Positions 56,001-64,000 are shown, counted from the first letter of the stretch. The stretch: 64,000 nt of DNA from Bacteroidota bacterium (GCA_023419095.1 JAEZYN010000030.1:3309-67308); one strand, 5' to 3'. Numbers and translations: made by a program. Notes: generated by a model not told the origin, from the letters alone.

Positions 56001-56955
56001 TCAGCTGCTCGTCATCCCAACCCAGTTGCAGGCCCACATCCTTACTCGGCGGATTGCTGGAATCTGATTCCTGCAACATATCCTGATTAACAGGCTGCTT
56101 AGCATGAACTATTTTTGCATAGCCATCATTATACAAGATCGATTCCTGCATCACCGCATCGTAGGTGGCGTTATTTGCCGCAACTTCGGACACAGGAAAA
56201 AGTACCGGCGCAAACAGAATGCGGTCATCTTTCAGAGCGGGTATTCTGGCGGCGTAGATTCCACTTAAAATTGTTTCAAAAGGTGATCCGGCACTGAAAG
56301 TGCTGAAAAGCCATCCTCCTTTTTTGAAGATATCGCCTGAAACGGGAATACTTGCTTTGTAGATCAGACCTGCTTTTTCGGCCAGTGCAGAATTTCGCAG
56401 AATAAAAGCAATCAATTTACCCCAGGAGATATAGCGGCGGTCCGTCAATTCATCTGTGAGCCTTTTGTCTTTATTTTTAATAATACATTCGTACGAATCA
56501 TCTGTCACTGCAAACCGTGTGCGGGCAGAAGTGAAATTGAATGAACTCCTGTAAGTCTGTGGCAAATATTTTTTGATTGCCACATTTTTCGCAGCATATT
56601 TTTCTGACTGTGCCCTGGCGCCCGAGTCTTTGTTTAACGCAGGGTTTTCGCTGATTTGCAGGCCGTCATTAAGTTCCATCTGTGCAATTATTTCCTCGAT
56701 AACCGCTTTTTTATTCACAGGAAGAACCGGTATTTGAGGCGTTTCGGTCTGCGCGACAGCCGAAAAAAGAGGCAGCCCGTCAAGTTGATTGATAATTTTG
56801 ACGTTAAACTGGAAAGCGGCATCTACAAAAGCAGGTGCGCCCGAAGCCAAAGGTTTTCGAAGGTTAATGTTTCGGGGCAGAACGACAATATTAAAATGCA
56901 GCAGGCCCTCACTGTAATGCTGCGGAAATGTGAGGATGCTATAAATTGGTTCCAT
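53071..56955 (-). CDS. giant hypothetical protein B (1294 aa), no recognisable domain
   Basis: Uninterrupted 3.9-kb ORF. Its ATG at 56955 lies 28 nt after the stop of the upstream giant ORF. I see no signal peptide, TM segment, P-loop, HExxH or repeats. It ends ...SITEVCCENC*. Confidence 0.85.
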   Translation of the reverse strand: MEPIYSILTFPQHYSEGLLHFNIVVLPRNINLRKPLASGAPAFVDAAFQFNVKIINQLDGLPLFSAVAQTETPQIPVLPVNKKAVIEEIIAQMELNDGLQISENPALNKDSGARAQSEKYAAKNVAIKKYLPQTYRSSFNFTSARTRFAVTDDSYECIIKNKDKRLTDELTDRRYISWGKLIAFILRNSALAEKAGLIYKASIPVSGDIFKKGGWLFSTFSAGSPFETILSGIYAARIPALKDDRILFAPVLFPVSEVAANNATYDAVMQESILYNDGYAKIVHAKQPVNQDMLQESDSSNPPSKDVGLQLGWDDEQLTIWGNRQLRQKEELTDLPIDAPLGVFGYKVDIRKLGDSTWFSQNRVMASQDIKMQNGEILFEQNKPFELPTEVHPSSHGNTMEEGFWLPMYFAAWNGKCMVIPDREAQEIHHLEKPRVAVPGLGSANAVNLQPKKNFHPFHQDPQHIVPLRYGHDYEIRIRLMDISGGSPEIKSEPLNGGQKPVAETHFRRNIKAGALKILNINDFHRMQTSALVRDTSILENILGEDNVLRIKRPDLSYPSVAYTGKYTDAAQLLKDRINGISIPSNPSERSQQTIGLPDPDVNSFKILVEVKSLEMDNVLSENGREAYILWQEKTMPLPKNLAAENYDLAAHIKIIYKDFTQLDLLNNYTGDEAADELVLPTSRELRLTFIPILDFADDDYAAKFVATGVPLSLKAYKTAENEPELLSPIKGGLRAFYLQPENKPQIGDINKIKLASTKTVINSTAVELKRLAEALDLHSHNLTIEGHPGNRVQFGVSNEIRHSLAPESGSVTLSSVNELFNRWIVAVDFSLLRDWAWQGLEPDSIIVKRKVHGFDSEFIEIGSIQLKDAANMQMLRDADRTQSRIMFLDSVDPKKFQKKFPRVLMAEYNLELNFKNSATVSDKMETLKIELPVTVIPHQIPKLVSAGVALTPYQHDTENYRYSEERQKYLWFEFDEAPENPRTTYFGRILAYSPDPYLCRIDRDLLLNISEDQHFNINEEKIREIIPDMHDDLAGIGVMQELIPEEQENAIRYLLPLPPGLHAASDELFGFFTYEIRVGHRKEVWSTAQARYGRPLKVNGVQHPAPELVCHAVRSEVSSPLGKNKYVELSAAHASAVLNGKNVTAFPPNTSLWYSLYTQVMQADGESFRNILIDSGPMPYRPKKSKQNDGAYSKENGHRLGTAKILVQEIGDRLEALGLPRSNSISAIAVEVFPMDNKWQLEKNPKRGSEATYVEEYLANRSQLNPLTDLLGQHRIYRSSKLTSITEVCCENC

Positions 56956-56983
56956 AATATTTGATTTTAAAAAAAAACTACAG

Positions 56984-59900
56984 TTAGCTGATTTGACGTG
57001 TTTCTTCCCAGGTTTCGGTAAAGCTGATGTTTACCACAAATGCAATAGAAATATCCAGCGCGAAAGTGCATCTCGCAATACAGTTGGTAGGTCCGCCACC
57101 AATTTTTTTCTGAACCTGACCGGCCGCCTCTATTGCGATAGTGATGGTCACGATGCCACCGAGGATTTCTGCACGGCCGCGGAAATAGATAAAAGCACCC
57201 ACCACAAGATCGCCTGAAATCTTCATGTCAATACCCATGATGAATGTGACTGCTACTGAGCCAATCACCGGAAGCCCGACAGCGAGCTCAATGCCAAAGC
57301 CGAATTTAAAATAGAGCGCCGGTGGCGAAGACAGATCCGCCGCCAAGCCCACTTCTGCCCGTCCGACTGCGTAAATGGTAGCCGCAGCCACGCTCACGCA
57401 CATGACACGGATGTCTGCGCCAAGCTCAAGATATGCACCCACGGAAGGCTTGATCTGATCTATTGTTTTCGGAATTTTGATTGGCTGGTTGAAATAAACG
57501 CCCACTTTAAAGTACGCATCCATCTTAAGTGGCGTTGTAGGCGAGTTATAATTGATCGGATCAAATGGAAATTTCACCAGCGGAATTTCTTTGTCAGCTT
57601 TAAATTTATATTCCCAGCTGTCCGCAGAATTGCTCATTGCGATTTTCAGGGCTTGTTTTACGGCTTCCGAAGGTTGCGATGGGTCCAGATTGTTCAGAAA
57701 TTCCAGAATGTCATAAATGGTCTGCAGCGTTTTATCAAGTTTCAGCTGCGGACCGCTGCCAATTGACATACCTGCGTTTTTCTTTTTCTCGTTGCTGAAA
57801 TTTCCGCTGATATACATTAATGGCGTAAAACCGGCCAGATCTACCGCGATGGTGATATTATGCATTTGGTTTGCCCATTTTTCCAAAGATTTAGTGTCGG
57901 TGACGTAATCAATTATTGATTCGTTTGTATTGGCACCGTCTTCGTCAATGGCGGTATATTTAACGTAAATCCGGAAGGCGTCGTTCTCTTCACCTACAAT
58001 ATTAAAATCAAAATTTGTAGGAACTTTGTAATTAAAAGCTTTCTGCACGCCATCCGGCAGCAAGTTCATGGTGGTTTTCGCGAGTTTATCGATTTTTATA
58101 GCGTCGCTAAGATTCGGAAATGGTCCTTTTGAATTCATCAGCCGGAAGCAGTCAGCCAGAAGCGCGGGATCAGAAGTGTATTTTTCGGTCTCACCTTTTG
58201 TATATTCTATTGAATTAAGCAGCAACTTCTGTGTATCGGTATTTTGCAACAACCCATATGTTTTGCTGAACGTTGCTGCGGTATTCCTCAATGCATCAGG
58301 ATAGGCCAGCAGGGTTTTTGTTGAATTTAAGCTGAAAGGTGTCCCGCTGTTTTTAGGCCGAAGGCCGTCTTTTACCAAACCGACGGACGTTCCCGGTTTC
58401 AAATTCTGTACAGAGCCGGAATTTTTATCTACATCTACTACGCTCCAGCTTCCGTCTGCGGGTAATACTACCGATCCTTTCACGGAGGCTACGAACGCGG
58501 GCAGGGAAGTATTATCGTTCTGGTAAGATGCCGACATTTCCACTGCTGTAGTTTTAAATTTTTGCAGCGTATTTTCCACAGGTATCAGCGCATCTATTCG
58601 TCCACTGACAGGGTTCTGACTTTTATTTAAAATTGTTTTTAATATACGCGCCGGAACCGGAACTTCCTGTGGTTTTATCTGAAGATAGCCTTTGAACTGG
58701 GTTCCGGTAATATTTTCGTCTACCGGCTGAAGGTCTGCATCACAGTCAAAATATACGGCGACAAATTCATAATCTACCTTTTTGCCGGGCGCAGACGCCA
58801 GTACAATCGGCACATTTTCATCTAAAAAGTACTCGTTGGCGAATGTTGTGTACTGTCCGCTGATGACGTCGGTATAGTCTTCGCGGATGTTTTTAATCTT
58901 GTACAGACCCTGAACAATTCCGGGGTAAATGTCATACGGATTATTATAAGCCAGCGTTTCGGTCGCGGTAGGCCATGTGAAACTGAAATCAAAAAGACCT
59001 TCGCTTTGGGCCACCCAGCCACTGTCCTCACGGAAGATGACCGCGTTATTGTTGCGCAGGAAGGTGACGGTTCGTGTGACACAGATGCCCCACGGATAAA
59101 TCATGCTCACAGCCTGTACAATTTCGTGTGCGGTCCGTCCTTTCAGCACATCAAATTTTGCCTGCGAAATCGATGCAAATTTCACTGCAGGATTTTTCCA
59201 GTTACTGAATGTGCTTGCACCGTAGCCGGAGAAATCGAAATGTGTTAAAGGTACCCCGCGCGGCTTTTGCGGTGAAAATACATTATTAAATATTTCTGTT
59301 ACCGTTTCTCCGAGTATGCTGATGCCGGGTTGATCTGTCAGGGCACGTAGCTGTTGTGTGGTGCCGGAAATACGCGGTGGCGCCTCGGGATTGGGATCTT
59401 TGTAAGCGGAGATCCTGAACTGTATGCCGCCACGAAATTCCTGGTTTTGAAATTTAAAATTGGGCTGAACAAATTCCAGATGGCCACTGCTGTGCATGGG
59501 TTCGTTTCTGTACGGATAGAGTGTCGCGAACGAATATTTGGCATTTGGCAATGTAAAAAGTACTTTTCCAACAAGATGCTGATTCGTCACAGCTGTACTG
59601 TTCAGGTTTATTTTGAACTGCCTCATATAATCAGCAGGATGGATACGGATCCAATGATTGTCGGTTTGGCTGAAAACAGTAGGAAGTGTATTGGGAGCTT
59701 GGTTTAAAATACCCAAGACCGGCTCCGGTACCGGTGGGTCTCCGGGATTCAGCGGCTCCGGTCTTGGGGTGATATTGTTTACCGGTTCCCAGCTTACGTT
59801 CGGTAGCGTAAGGCCCTGCAGAAAGCCCATCGGTGCCTGCAGATAATTTCTGTTTACCGTAACAATATTTTCACCGGTTACCGTCACATCATCCTGGAAA

Positions 59901-61867
59901 AGTTTACGCATCTCCTCGCGGTTCTGAAGTGACAGGGCGACACCCCAATGGTCGGCCTGTGTACTGACATCAAACAGCATGAAATTGTTCTGAATAGATG
60001 GAACGCCACGGATGCCGGATCTTTCAGCCATTACCGCAAATGCAGGTTTTTCGTTTTCCTCGAAAACGTAATTCATTTTAAAGGTCACCTCCGCCAATAC
60101 AGTTCCGTCAATACTTTTCCAGTTGGTAAAAGATTGTAAAGAGCCTGTTATCTGATCTCTTGTCTGGCGCTCGTTTTTTACATTTGTAGTGTAAGGATGC
60201 GGTAGAGTGGGCAACAGCGAAAGAATATAGAAGTTCAGCAGCAACGTACCTTTATAGATCTCATTCTCGTCTGTGTATTTGCCGCTGAGGTACAGACCGC
60301 TTTCCTTCGTTGTTGTGAAATAAGCATTTTGCAGTGCAAACTGGTATTTTTCGAATTTATTCCCGACCTGATTTGTGTAAACTGTAGTGTCCTGAAGATC
60401 TTCTGTAAGCATGTCGCTGTCGATAATCAGGATGCTTTTCGCATCTTTTGTCAGAATTTTACTGTACAGACTTTTTTTGGAAACTGGATGGACAAACGTG
60501 TTATCGGCGCGCAGCGGTTTGTCGATTAAAAATTCCGTGTCTGCAAATGCACTTACCACATCGCCCGTCTCGCTTTGTGATGCAATGTTGAGTGTTTTGT
60601 AATTCATCAGCCGGACATCGACTGTCATTCGGTCTTTATTTTCCGCCGATTTTTGCCATAAAGTGAGATGATCACGCAGGTAGGCAAAGTCAGCTTTGTC
60701 TGAAGTGAGATAGAAAAAGCCATTAAAAACCATTAACGTACAATTATTAAAATGCGCTTCCGCATTCTGATTCCTTACGCCGTCCCATGTTGCTTTGATT
60801 CCTTTTTTTAAACCTAATGAAAGCAAACCGTTGAATTTTACTTCAACAGATTGGTTGTTTTGCAGCACGCGTGTGGGCAATAGCCAGGTGCTGGATTCAA
60901 TGCCTGCTTCACCTGAAACTGAATAAAGCTGCGACTGAGATCGTCGTACTGAAAACCTCTTTTGATTAGGTGTGAGCGTAAGTGCAAAATAATTTTGTGC
61001 CGGATCCCATCCCAGTGAGTGATCTGTGCAGGTAAACCCGCATTCCCAGTCCACCGTTTTCACTGAAAACTGGCCGATGTCCACAACCAGTAGTCGCCCT
61101 TTGTTTGTTTTTAAACGCAACTTATCTGTCGGTGTAAACGTCGAGTTTTTTCCGTCTAAACCTACACCGCCGTCAGCGGGAGCGTAGGAATTGTCTAATA
61201 TTAAATTTATTTCAAATATTGCCTGACGCGGAACCTGCACGGTATTGTTGCTTAAAATATACGTTCCGCCGAGACTTAAAGTGCCGGAAAGTATCCTCAA
61301 TCCTACGTAAGTAGTTTTGGGCGCTGCCGGATCCACAAGATCTGCCCGAATCCACACATTCCCGCTGCCCAGATTGAGTGTACTTACCCGTGTATTTGCT
61401 ACCAGCAGCCGCGGCAGCCGGACGGGAAGGATAAACGCCGCCTGCTGTTCGTTTGGGAAAAAGATTTTAAAATCATCAATGAATTTATATAAATTGTAGA
61501 AGATCTGGGTACCATCTAACGTAGGGAAGGGACCGAGAACCTTGTCCGGGACGGTAAAAACTTTATTCGCGTCGAAAATCTGATGTGCGCCGAAACGGAC
61601 AGCATTTTCCGGCATCCGCTCAATTTCAAATTCTGGTTTAGCAGCGGCAACTGGGCGCTGTGGTTTGGGAAGCTGGATAGTTCCCCTAAGCCGGCCAGCG
61701 CCTGCAGGTAATTTCGAGAATCGGATTTCCTGAAAATTGGTTTTCGAAGGGCTTGATTTTGCAATGTTTTCAAGCAGGAACTCAAAATGTTTAGGTTGGT
61801 TTTGCTTCGCAGCAGCCAAGTCTAAATCTCGCAACAGTTCAGTTGCAGACTTTACAGGATCTGGCAT
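56984..61867 (-). CDS. giant hypothetical protein A (1627 aa) with a C-terminal hydrophobic Gly/aliphatic-rich module
   Basis: Uninterrupted 4.9-kb ORF. The N-terminus MPDPVKSATELLRDLDLAAAKQNQ... is hydrophilic with no signal peptide. There is one Pro-rich hinge near residue 700. The last ~190 aa hold several 15-22-residue hydrophobic stretches. I see no catalytic or NTP-binding motif. Confidence 0.85.
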   Translation of the reverse strand: MPDPVKSATELLRDLDLAAAKQNQPKHFEFLLENIAKSSPSKTNFQEIRFSKLPAGAGRLRGTIQLPKPQRPVAAAKPEFEIERMPENAVRFGAHQIFDANKVFTVPDKVLGPFPTLDGTQIFYNLYKFIDDFKIFFPNEQQAAFILPVRLPRLLVANTRVSTLNLGSGNVWIRADLVDPAAPKTTYVGLRILSGTLSLGGTYILSNNTVQVPRQAIFEINLILDNSYAPADGGVGLDGKNSTFTPTDKLRLKTNKGRLLVVDIGQFSVKTVDWECGFTCTDHSLGWDPAQNYFALTLTPNQKRFSVRRSQSQLYSVSGEAGIESSTWLLPTRVLQNNQSVEVKFNGLLSLGLKKGIKATWDGVRNQNAEAHFNNCTLMVFNGFFYLTSDKADFAYLRDHLTLWQKSAENKDRMTVDVRLMNYKTLNIASQSETGDVVSAFADTEFLIDKPLRADNTFVHPVSKKSLYSKILTKDAKSILIIDSDMLTEDLQDTTVYTNQVGNKFEKYQFALQNAYFTTTKESGLYLSGKYTDENEIYKGTLLLNFYILSLLPTLPHPYTTNVKNERQTRDQITGSLQSFTNWKSIDGTVLAEVTFKMNYVFEENEKPAFAVMAERSGIRGVPSIQNNFMLFDVSTQADHWGVALSLQNREEMRKLFQDDVTVTGENIVTVNRNYLQAPMGFLQGLTLPNVSWEPVNNITPRPEPLNPGDPPVPEPVLGILNQAPNTLPTVFSQTDNHWIRIHPADYMRQFKINLNSTAVTNQHLVGKVLFTLPNAKYSFATLYPYRNEPMHSSGHLEFVQPNFKFQNQEFRGGIQFRISAYKDPNPEAPPRISGTTQQLRALTDQPGISILGETVTEIFNNVFSPQKPRGVPLTHFDFSGYGASTFSNWKNPAVKFASISQAKFDVLKGRTAHEIVQAVSMIYPWGICVTRTVTFLRNNNAVIFREDSGWVAQSEGLFDFSFTWPTATETLAYNNPYDIYPGIVQGLYKIKNIREDYTDVISGQYTTFANEYFLDENVPIVLASAPGKKVDYEFVAVYFDCDADLQPVDENITGTQFKGYLQIKPQEVPVPARILKTILNKSQNPVSGRIDALIPVENTLQKFKTTAVEMSASYQNDNTSLPAFVASVKGSVVLPADGSWSVVDVDKNSGSVQNLKPGTSVGLVKDGLRPKNSGTPFSLNSTKTLLAYPDALRNTAATFSKTYGLLQNTDTQKLLLNSIEYTKGETEKYTSDPALLADCFRLMNSKGPFPNLSDAIKIDKLAKTTMNLLPDGVQKAFNYKVPTNFDFNIVGEENDAFRIYVKYTAIDEDGANTNESIIDYVTDTKSLEKWANQMHNITIAVDLAGFTPLMYISGNFSNEKKKNAGMSIGSGPQLKLDKTLQTIYDILEFLNNLDPSQPSEAVKQALKIAMSNSADSWEYKFKADKEIPLVKFPFDPINYNSPTTPLKMDAYFKVGVYFNQPIKIPKTIDQIKPSVGAYLELGADIRVMCVSVAAATIYAVGRAEVGLAADLSSPPALYFKFGFGIELAVGLPVIGSVAVTFIMGIDMKISGDLVVGAFIYFRGRAEILGGIVTITIAIEAAGQVQKKIGGGPTNCIARCTFALDISIAFVVNISFTETWEETRQIS

Positions 61868-62002
61868 TTTTTTCGGTATTTGTGGTTATAAGTTTGGGAA
61901 AGTGGAATCTTGGTGGGCGAATTTTCAGCTACACCTCATTGCAAGTCGTCGCTTGTTACAGTCGTAAAGCATTGATATATAAAAACTTATATATGTGCAA
62001 AA

Positions 62003-62010
62003 CAAAGTTA
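62003..62010 (-). promoter_or_regulatory. candidate Bacteroidota -7 promoter box upstream of the giant-gene operon
   Basis: The minus strand reads TAACTTTG, matching the TAnnTTTG consensus, about 135 nt upstream of the ATG at 61867. I found no convincing -33 TTTG at canonical spacing. Confidence 0.3.
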
Positions 62011-62076
62011 GCGGTTTTACGCAATAAGTTTTTAAAAATATTTTAAGCGCAGTGAAAATTGAGTGAAATCACCTGA

Positions 62077-63681
62077 TCAGAACCTGCTGATTACACCCCA
62101 GTGAATTTTGGTATCGCCAAAGCGGATCGGATTGCCAAACTGGTTTCCGTTTGAAATCTGGAAACTCATTAAACCTATAGGCAGGAAAAAATTAAAACCT
62201 AAACCAACGCTGTAAAGTTTAGGTTTTTCGCCCAGAGAGCTATTGCTCAATCCGCCGTACTGACCGAAAATGTCGAAAAAGGCTTGATCACCCACGAGAT
62301 ATCGGTATTCGGCAGTTCCGAAGTAGTAGAAGTCCGCCAAAAGCGTATTTTCATTAAAGCCGCGCAGCGAATTCCAGCCGCCGAATCTCAGCAATTCATT
62401 GGCGGCGAGTTGGGCTTTTGAATTCATAAGGGCCGTCTCCGCGCGGAGATTGAGATAATGATTTCCTTTTACCGCGAAATTCCGTTCTCCGGAAAAGAAA
62501 AAATTGTTCTGCTGTACAGCGTTTAGGTCGGCCGCATAACGTGTGCTTATCAGGTCGGCTTCCGCTCTGATGCGTGTTTTAAACTGGAACAGCGCAATTT
62601 CTGTAGGTTCGGTGAAATCATACCAGATGCCAACACCTTTTTTGTGATAATCGCGTCCTGCGCTATAGAGAGAATCGGTGACCGCGGAAGTCTCGAAATT
62701 TCCGCGAATTCCAATTTTCTGGCGGCTTCCCAAATTTAAATATACTCCGGGCAAAAATTTGAAGTTTGCGTACGTGGAATCCTGGCGGAATACGTTGATA
62801 TTCAGTGCCAGACCTATATTTGAATTCGCTACATATGGAATATCGGTTTTGAGATCGAAAGTCTGTCCGCGATCGGGGTTTCTTTGCCAAAAAACATTTA
62901 CGGTTTCAAAACTGTTGAACATATTTCTGAAATTCACGTTCAGGCTTCCGTTAAAAGTGAACTTTTCATTTTTATCATTACCAAACCCTAAAATTCCGTC
63001 GAAAGTGTTCGACTTTTTCTTCTGAAGAAACAGGAAAATTTGCGTGGAGTCCCGTGTAAAAAGCGTCTGCGGCGGTTTTTCGAGCGTTATAAAAGGATGG
63101 TTTTGCAGCGATTGGTTCAGCCTCGAAAGATTTTGGTCATCGTAATTTTTTCCTTTATAATCTCTTTCGAGATTTTTGATAAAGCGCTTTGGCACTTTTT
63201 CGTAACCACGGACCACAATGGCGTCGAGTTTTCTGCGCGCGCCTTCAGAAACACTAAGTTCGAGCTGCGGTTCACCGTTTTTTAGACCGAGAAACCGCGT
63301 CTTTACCCTGTTAAATGCAAAACCGCGCAGCCGATAATTTTCGCTGATGGATTTTTTTAATGAATCGATGTTTTTGGAGTAGAATTCATGCGGAGATTTT
63401 AAATTCAATGCTACCTCTTCCGTCAGTTTTACGTTGCCTTCATTAAAGCTTTTACCTTTGTCATAAATGATTTCGATTGCAGTTTCTGATTCATTAACGC
63501 TTTTTAATTCAGTGAGATAGAATTTATCCTGTGAAAGCGAATCGAGGAATTTTGCAGCGGTGGCGGAATCTTTCACCACTTTTCGCTGGCCCGTCGAGAC
63601 GTCTGTCAGCCAATATTCTTTTTGCTGCGAATACAGAAAAACGCAACAAAACAGGGCTAAAAGCGCGACGACATGTTTCAA
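62077..63681 (-). CDS. Omp85 (BamA/TamA) family outer-membrane beta-barrel protein
   Basis: The C-terminal barrel carries the loop-6 LRGF motif (GGWNSLRGFNE) and a terminal beta-signal ...IHWGVISRF. An N-terminal POTRA-like region is present. The track ORF starts at 63771. A TTG at 63681 would give a proper signal peptide (M)KHVVALLALFCCVFLYSQQ. Confidence 0.75.
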   Translation of the reverse strand: MKHVVALLALFCCVFLYSQQKEYWLTDVSTGQRKVVKDSATAAKFLDSLSQDKFYLTELKSVNESETAIEIIYDKGKSFNEGNVKLTEEVALNLKSPHEFYSKNIDSLKKSISENYRLRGFAFNRVKTRFLGLKNGEPQLELSVSEGARRKLDAIVVRGYEKVPKRFIKNLERDYKGKNYDDQNLSRLNQSLQNHPFITLEKPPQTLFTRDSTQIFLFLQKKKSNTFDGILGFGNDKNEKFTFNGSLNVNFRNMFNSFETVNVFWQRNPDRGQTFDLKTDIPYVANSNIGLALNINVFRQDSTYANFKFLPGVYLNLGSRQKIGIRGNFETSAVTDSLYSAGRDYHKKGVGIWYDFTEPTEIALFQFKTRIRAEADLISTRYAADLNAVQQNNFFFSGERNFAVKGNHYLNLRAETALMNSKAQLAANELLRFGGWNSLRGFNENTLLADFYYFGTAEYRYLVGDQAFFDIFGQYGGLSNSSLGEKPKLYSVGLGFNFFLPIGLMSFQISNGNQFGNPIRFGDTKIHWGVISRF

Positions 63682-63840
63682 TAGATAAGACTTTGGATTT
63701 CTGAACTCAATATACGCAAGAATATTTTGTTTAATGTAAAGTTTAATGCTGATTTGTACGGAGGTCAACATTTTTCAGCCTTTAATCACTATCTTTATCG
63801 CTGATAAAAAGCGTCTGCTATTGATGTTTTTCCGTGTTTT

Positions 63841-64000
63841 ATGAAGAAAGTTGGGTTATTTTTCGGCAGTTTCAATCCGATACATATCGGACATTTAATT
63901 TTGGCTAATTATATTCTTGAAAATTCGGATATGCACGAACTTTGGTTTGTTGTGAGTCCGCAGAATCCATTCAAAGAAAAGAAGACATTGCTGAGCGACC
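63841..64000 (+). CDS. nadD: nicotinate-nucleotide adenylyltransferase (N-terminal part; runs off the window end)
   Basis: [24 protein letters not shown]... carries the nucleotidyltransferase (H/T)xGH motif and the typical NadD N-terminus. Confidence 0.85.
   Translation, partial: MKKVGLFFGSFNPIHIGHLILANYILENSDMHELWFVVSPQNPFKEKKTLLSD

Noticed and set aside
56984-61867. P-loop NTPase motif in giant protein A (GVGLDGKNST)
   Set aside because: It matches GxxxxGK only loosely. It lacks the S/T after Lys, there is no preceding beta-strand hydrophobic run, and no Walker B follows. It is most likely a chance match.
53071-61867. Recent horizontal acquisition or a defence island as the explanation for the giant genes
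   Set aside because: No mobility genes, tRNA or att repeats flank the region, and no other defence genes are nearby. Base composition and codon style look like the adjacent housekeeping genes by eye (not computed). A defence function is not excluded, but island context is not supported.
56984-63771. Two-partner secretion (TpsB-TpsA) or canonical TamA-TamB interpretation of the Omp85 gene plus giant ORF
   Set aside because: Protein A has a hydrophilic N-terminus. It lacks a Sec signal peptide and TPS domain (needed for TpsA) and an N-terminal signal-anchor helix (needed for TamB). I see no DUF490-like C-terminus by eye. I kept the adjacency as a finding but not these specific calls.

Overview
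This 64-kb chromosomal window comes from a Bacteroidota/Flavobacteriales-type genome, probably Chryseobacterium-like. The clues are a T9SS C-terminal sorting domain, a tmRNA tag ending in FALAA, DUF1573 and IPExxxVDY genes, a TAnnTTTG-type promoter box, and moderately AT-rich DNA by eye (not computed).

Most of the window is dense housekeeping. It carries tmRNA (ssrA), RNase P RNA (rnpB) and the acpP-fabF-rnc-IPExxxVDY-pyk block. It also carries paaA/paaE, clpB, an ABC-F ATPase, class II HMG-CoA reductase, sucC, PPK2, valS, ribokinase and an ECF sigma with a putative anti-sigma. Further along are speA/speB, alkB, a DAACS symporter, brnQ, mrp/apbC with a NifU-like gene, maeB and nadD. I saw no transposase, integrase, prophage, tRNA, rRNA or CRISPR array.

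The outstanding feature is a minus-strand pair of giant ORFs (56984-61867, 1627 aa; 53071-56955, 1294 aa). They are 28 nt apart and sit directly downstream of an Omp85-family outer-membrane gene. Neither has a signal peptide, a nucleotide-binding or catalytic motif, or repeats that I can recognise. The larger one ends in a hydrophobic Gly/aliphatic-rich module. I regard this pair as the best candidate for an undescribed system.

Secondary observations:
- a dispersed intergenic element family (T-tract / GC hairpin / A-tract flanked by a conserved ~17-mer), with five copies or relatives;
- a 3 x 42-bp tandem hairpin repeat;
- a 23-bp inverted repeat upstream of a transporter;
- a frameshifted small HTH gene;
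- a pseudo-receiver domain protein;
- paired direct repeats upstream of clpB.

All family assignments come from reading motifs by eye. No searches were run.
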